From assembly GCA_964657955.1 (NCBI GenBank), contig CAZZWZ010000001.1:1-43698 (forward strand): a stretch of 43,698 nucleotides of DNA. The letters are read 5' to 3'. The notes beneath the pieces are model-generated. The model saw only the letters and a list, made by a program, of their open reading frames with translations. It made no database searches and was not told the DNA's origin. Below, one piece after another: positions 43,251-43,698 of the stretch; the stretch's first letter is position 1; every line of letters begins with the position of its first letter. Made by a program: the position numbers and the translations under genes. The DNA comes from an uncultured Steroidobacteraceae bacterium (GTDB lineage Bacteria; Pseudomonadota; Gammaproteobacteria; Steroidobacterales; Steroidobacteraceae).

Positions 43251-43698
43251 TTATTTCAAATCGCGATCGGGCAAATCGGCAAATGCCTCACGGACGGCGC
43301 CCGCGGTGAGGAGTTGCGGCAGCACCACGGGGGCCGCGGAGCCCGCCCGGGAATTGTAGACCACGTAGAGCGGCACGCCGGCGCGGCCGAAAGCCGCCAG
43401 CGCCTGCGTGATGGCCGGGTCGCGATTGGTCCAATCGCCCTTCATCAACGTCACCGCCTTGTGGCGGAAGATTTCCCGCACGTCGTCATCCGCGAACACG
43501 CGGCGTTCGTTGACCAGGCAGGTCAGGCACCAATCGGCGGTGAAATTGATCAGCAGCGGTCGTCCCGCGGCACTCAGTTCGGCCACCCTGGCCGCATCGT
43601 AGGGCTGCCAGTCTTCCCGGTCCGCAGGCGCCGGGTTCACCGAGCCGGCCGCCCCAGGGTCCGCCGGGCCCGCGCCGGTCCCGACGGCATGTGCCGCG
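43251..43698 (-). CDS. dsbD: Thiol:disulfide interchange protein DsbD, C-terminal thioredoxin-like domain (partial; 5' end outside the window)
   Basis: GRPLLINFTADWCLTCLVNE (CxxC) ...GDWTNRDPAITQALAAFGRAGVPLYVVY. The frame stays open upstream of the track GTG (43640) to the window edge. Confidence 0.8.
   Translation of the reverse strand, partial: AAHAVGTGAGPADPGAAGSVNPAPADREDWQPYDAARVAELSAAGRPLLINFTADWCLTCLVNERRVFADDDVREIFRHKAVTLMKGDWTNRDPAITQALAAFGRAGVPLYVVYNSRAGSAAPVVLPQLLTAGAVREAFADLPDRDLK

Overview
This is a visibly GC-rich chromosomal window from a Gram-negative, most likely proteobacterial, genome. The Gram-negative call rests on lipobox lipoproteins and on DsbD, LapA-like, NnrU and YceI/cytochrome b561 genes. 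I support about 45 protein-coding genes, almost all from recognisable metabolic or housekeeping families. I saw no rRNA, tRNA, CRISPR array, transposase, integrase or phage genes.

Main blocks:
- 0.2-3.7 kb: NnrU, a PLP dehydratase coupled to RidA, and a serine hydrolase.
- 3.6-10.5 kb, minus strand: a catabolic cluster with a trimethylamine-dehydrogenase-family Fe-S flavoprotein, two Rieske oxygenases, a BetI-like TetR regulator and a CrtI-family flavoprotein.
- 10.7-12.4 kb: divergent ald/lrp pair.
- 12.4-14.5 kb: cytochrome b561-YceI operon plus an extra YceI-like lipoprotein.
- 14.6-18.0 kb: thiolase-gabD-VOC operon.
- 18.1-21.1 kb: an apparently exported DUF885-SRPBCC-RidA trio, followed by gshA and a GGDEF cyclase.
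- 24.2-26.7 kb: ferredoxin reductase-ferredoxin-isoaspartyl peptidase operon.
- 26.8-32.1 kb: glnB, DUF2252, head-to-head ilvH/ilvI, and gloA.
- 32.7-40.3 kb: sulfur-assimilation neighbourhood with dctA coupled to a cysteine-synthase/CBS-like gene, then cysG, cysB, DUF934 and cysI.
- 40.4-43.7 kb: poorly characterised genes (CheD-like, a Gly/Arg-rich lipoprotein, a degenerate alpha/beta-hydrolase, one unknown) and the 3' end of dsbD.

I found no clear-cut novel defence or mobile system. The items most worth a second look are:
- the amine/betaine-type oxidation cluster, with a ~30-bp motif shared by its two promoter regions;
- the unusually structured 576-bp region upstream of dctA, which may hold an sRNA or attenuator;
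- the divergent ilvH/ilvI arrangement;
- the orphan ferredoxin/reductase pair;
- the orphan CheD-like protein that lacks the catalytic Cys.

All family assignments come from reading motifs by eye and need HMM/BLAST confirmation.
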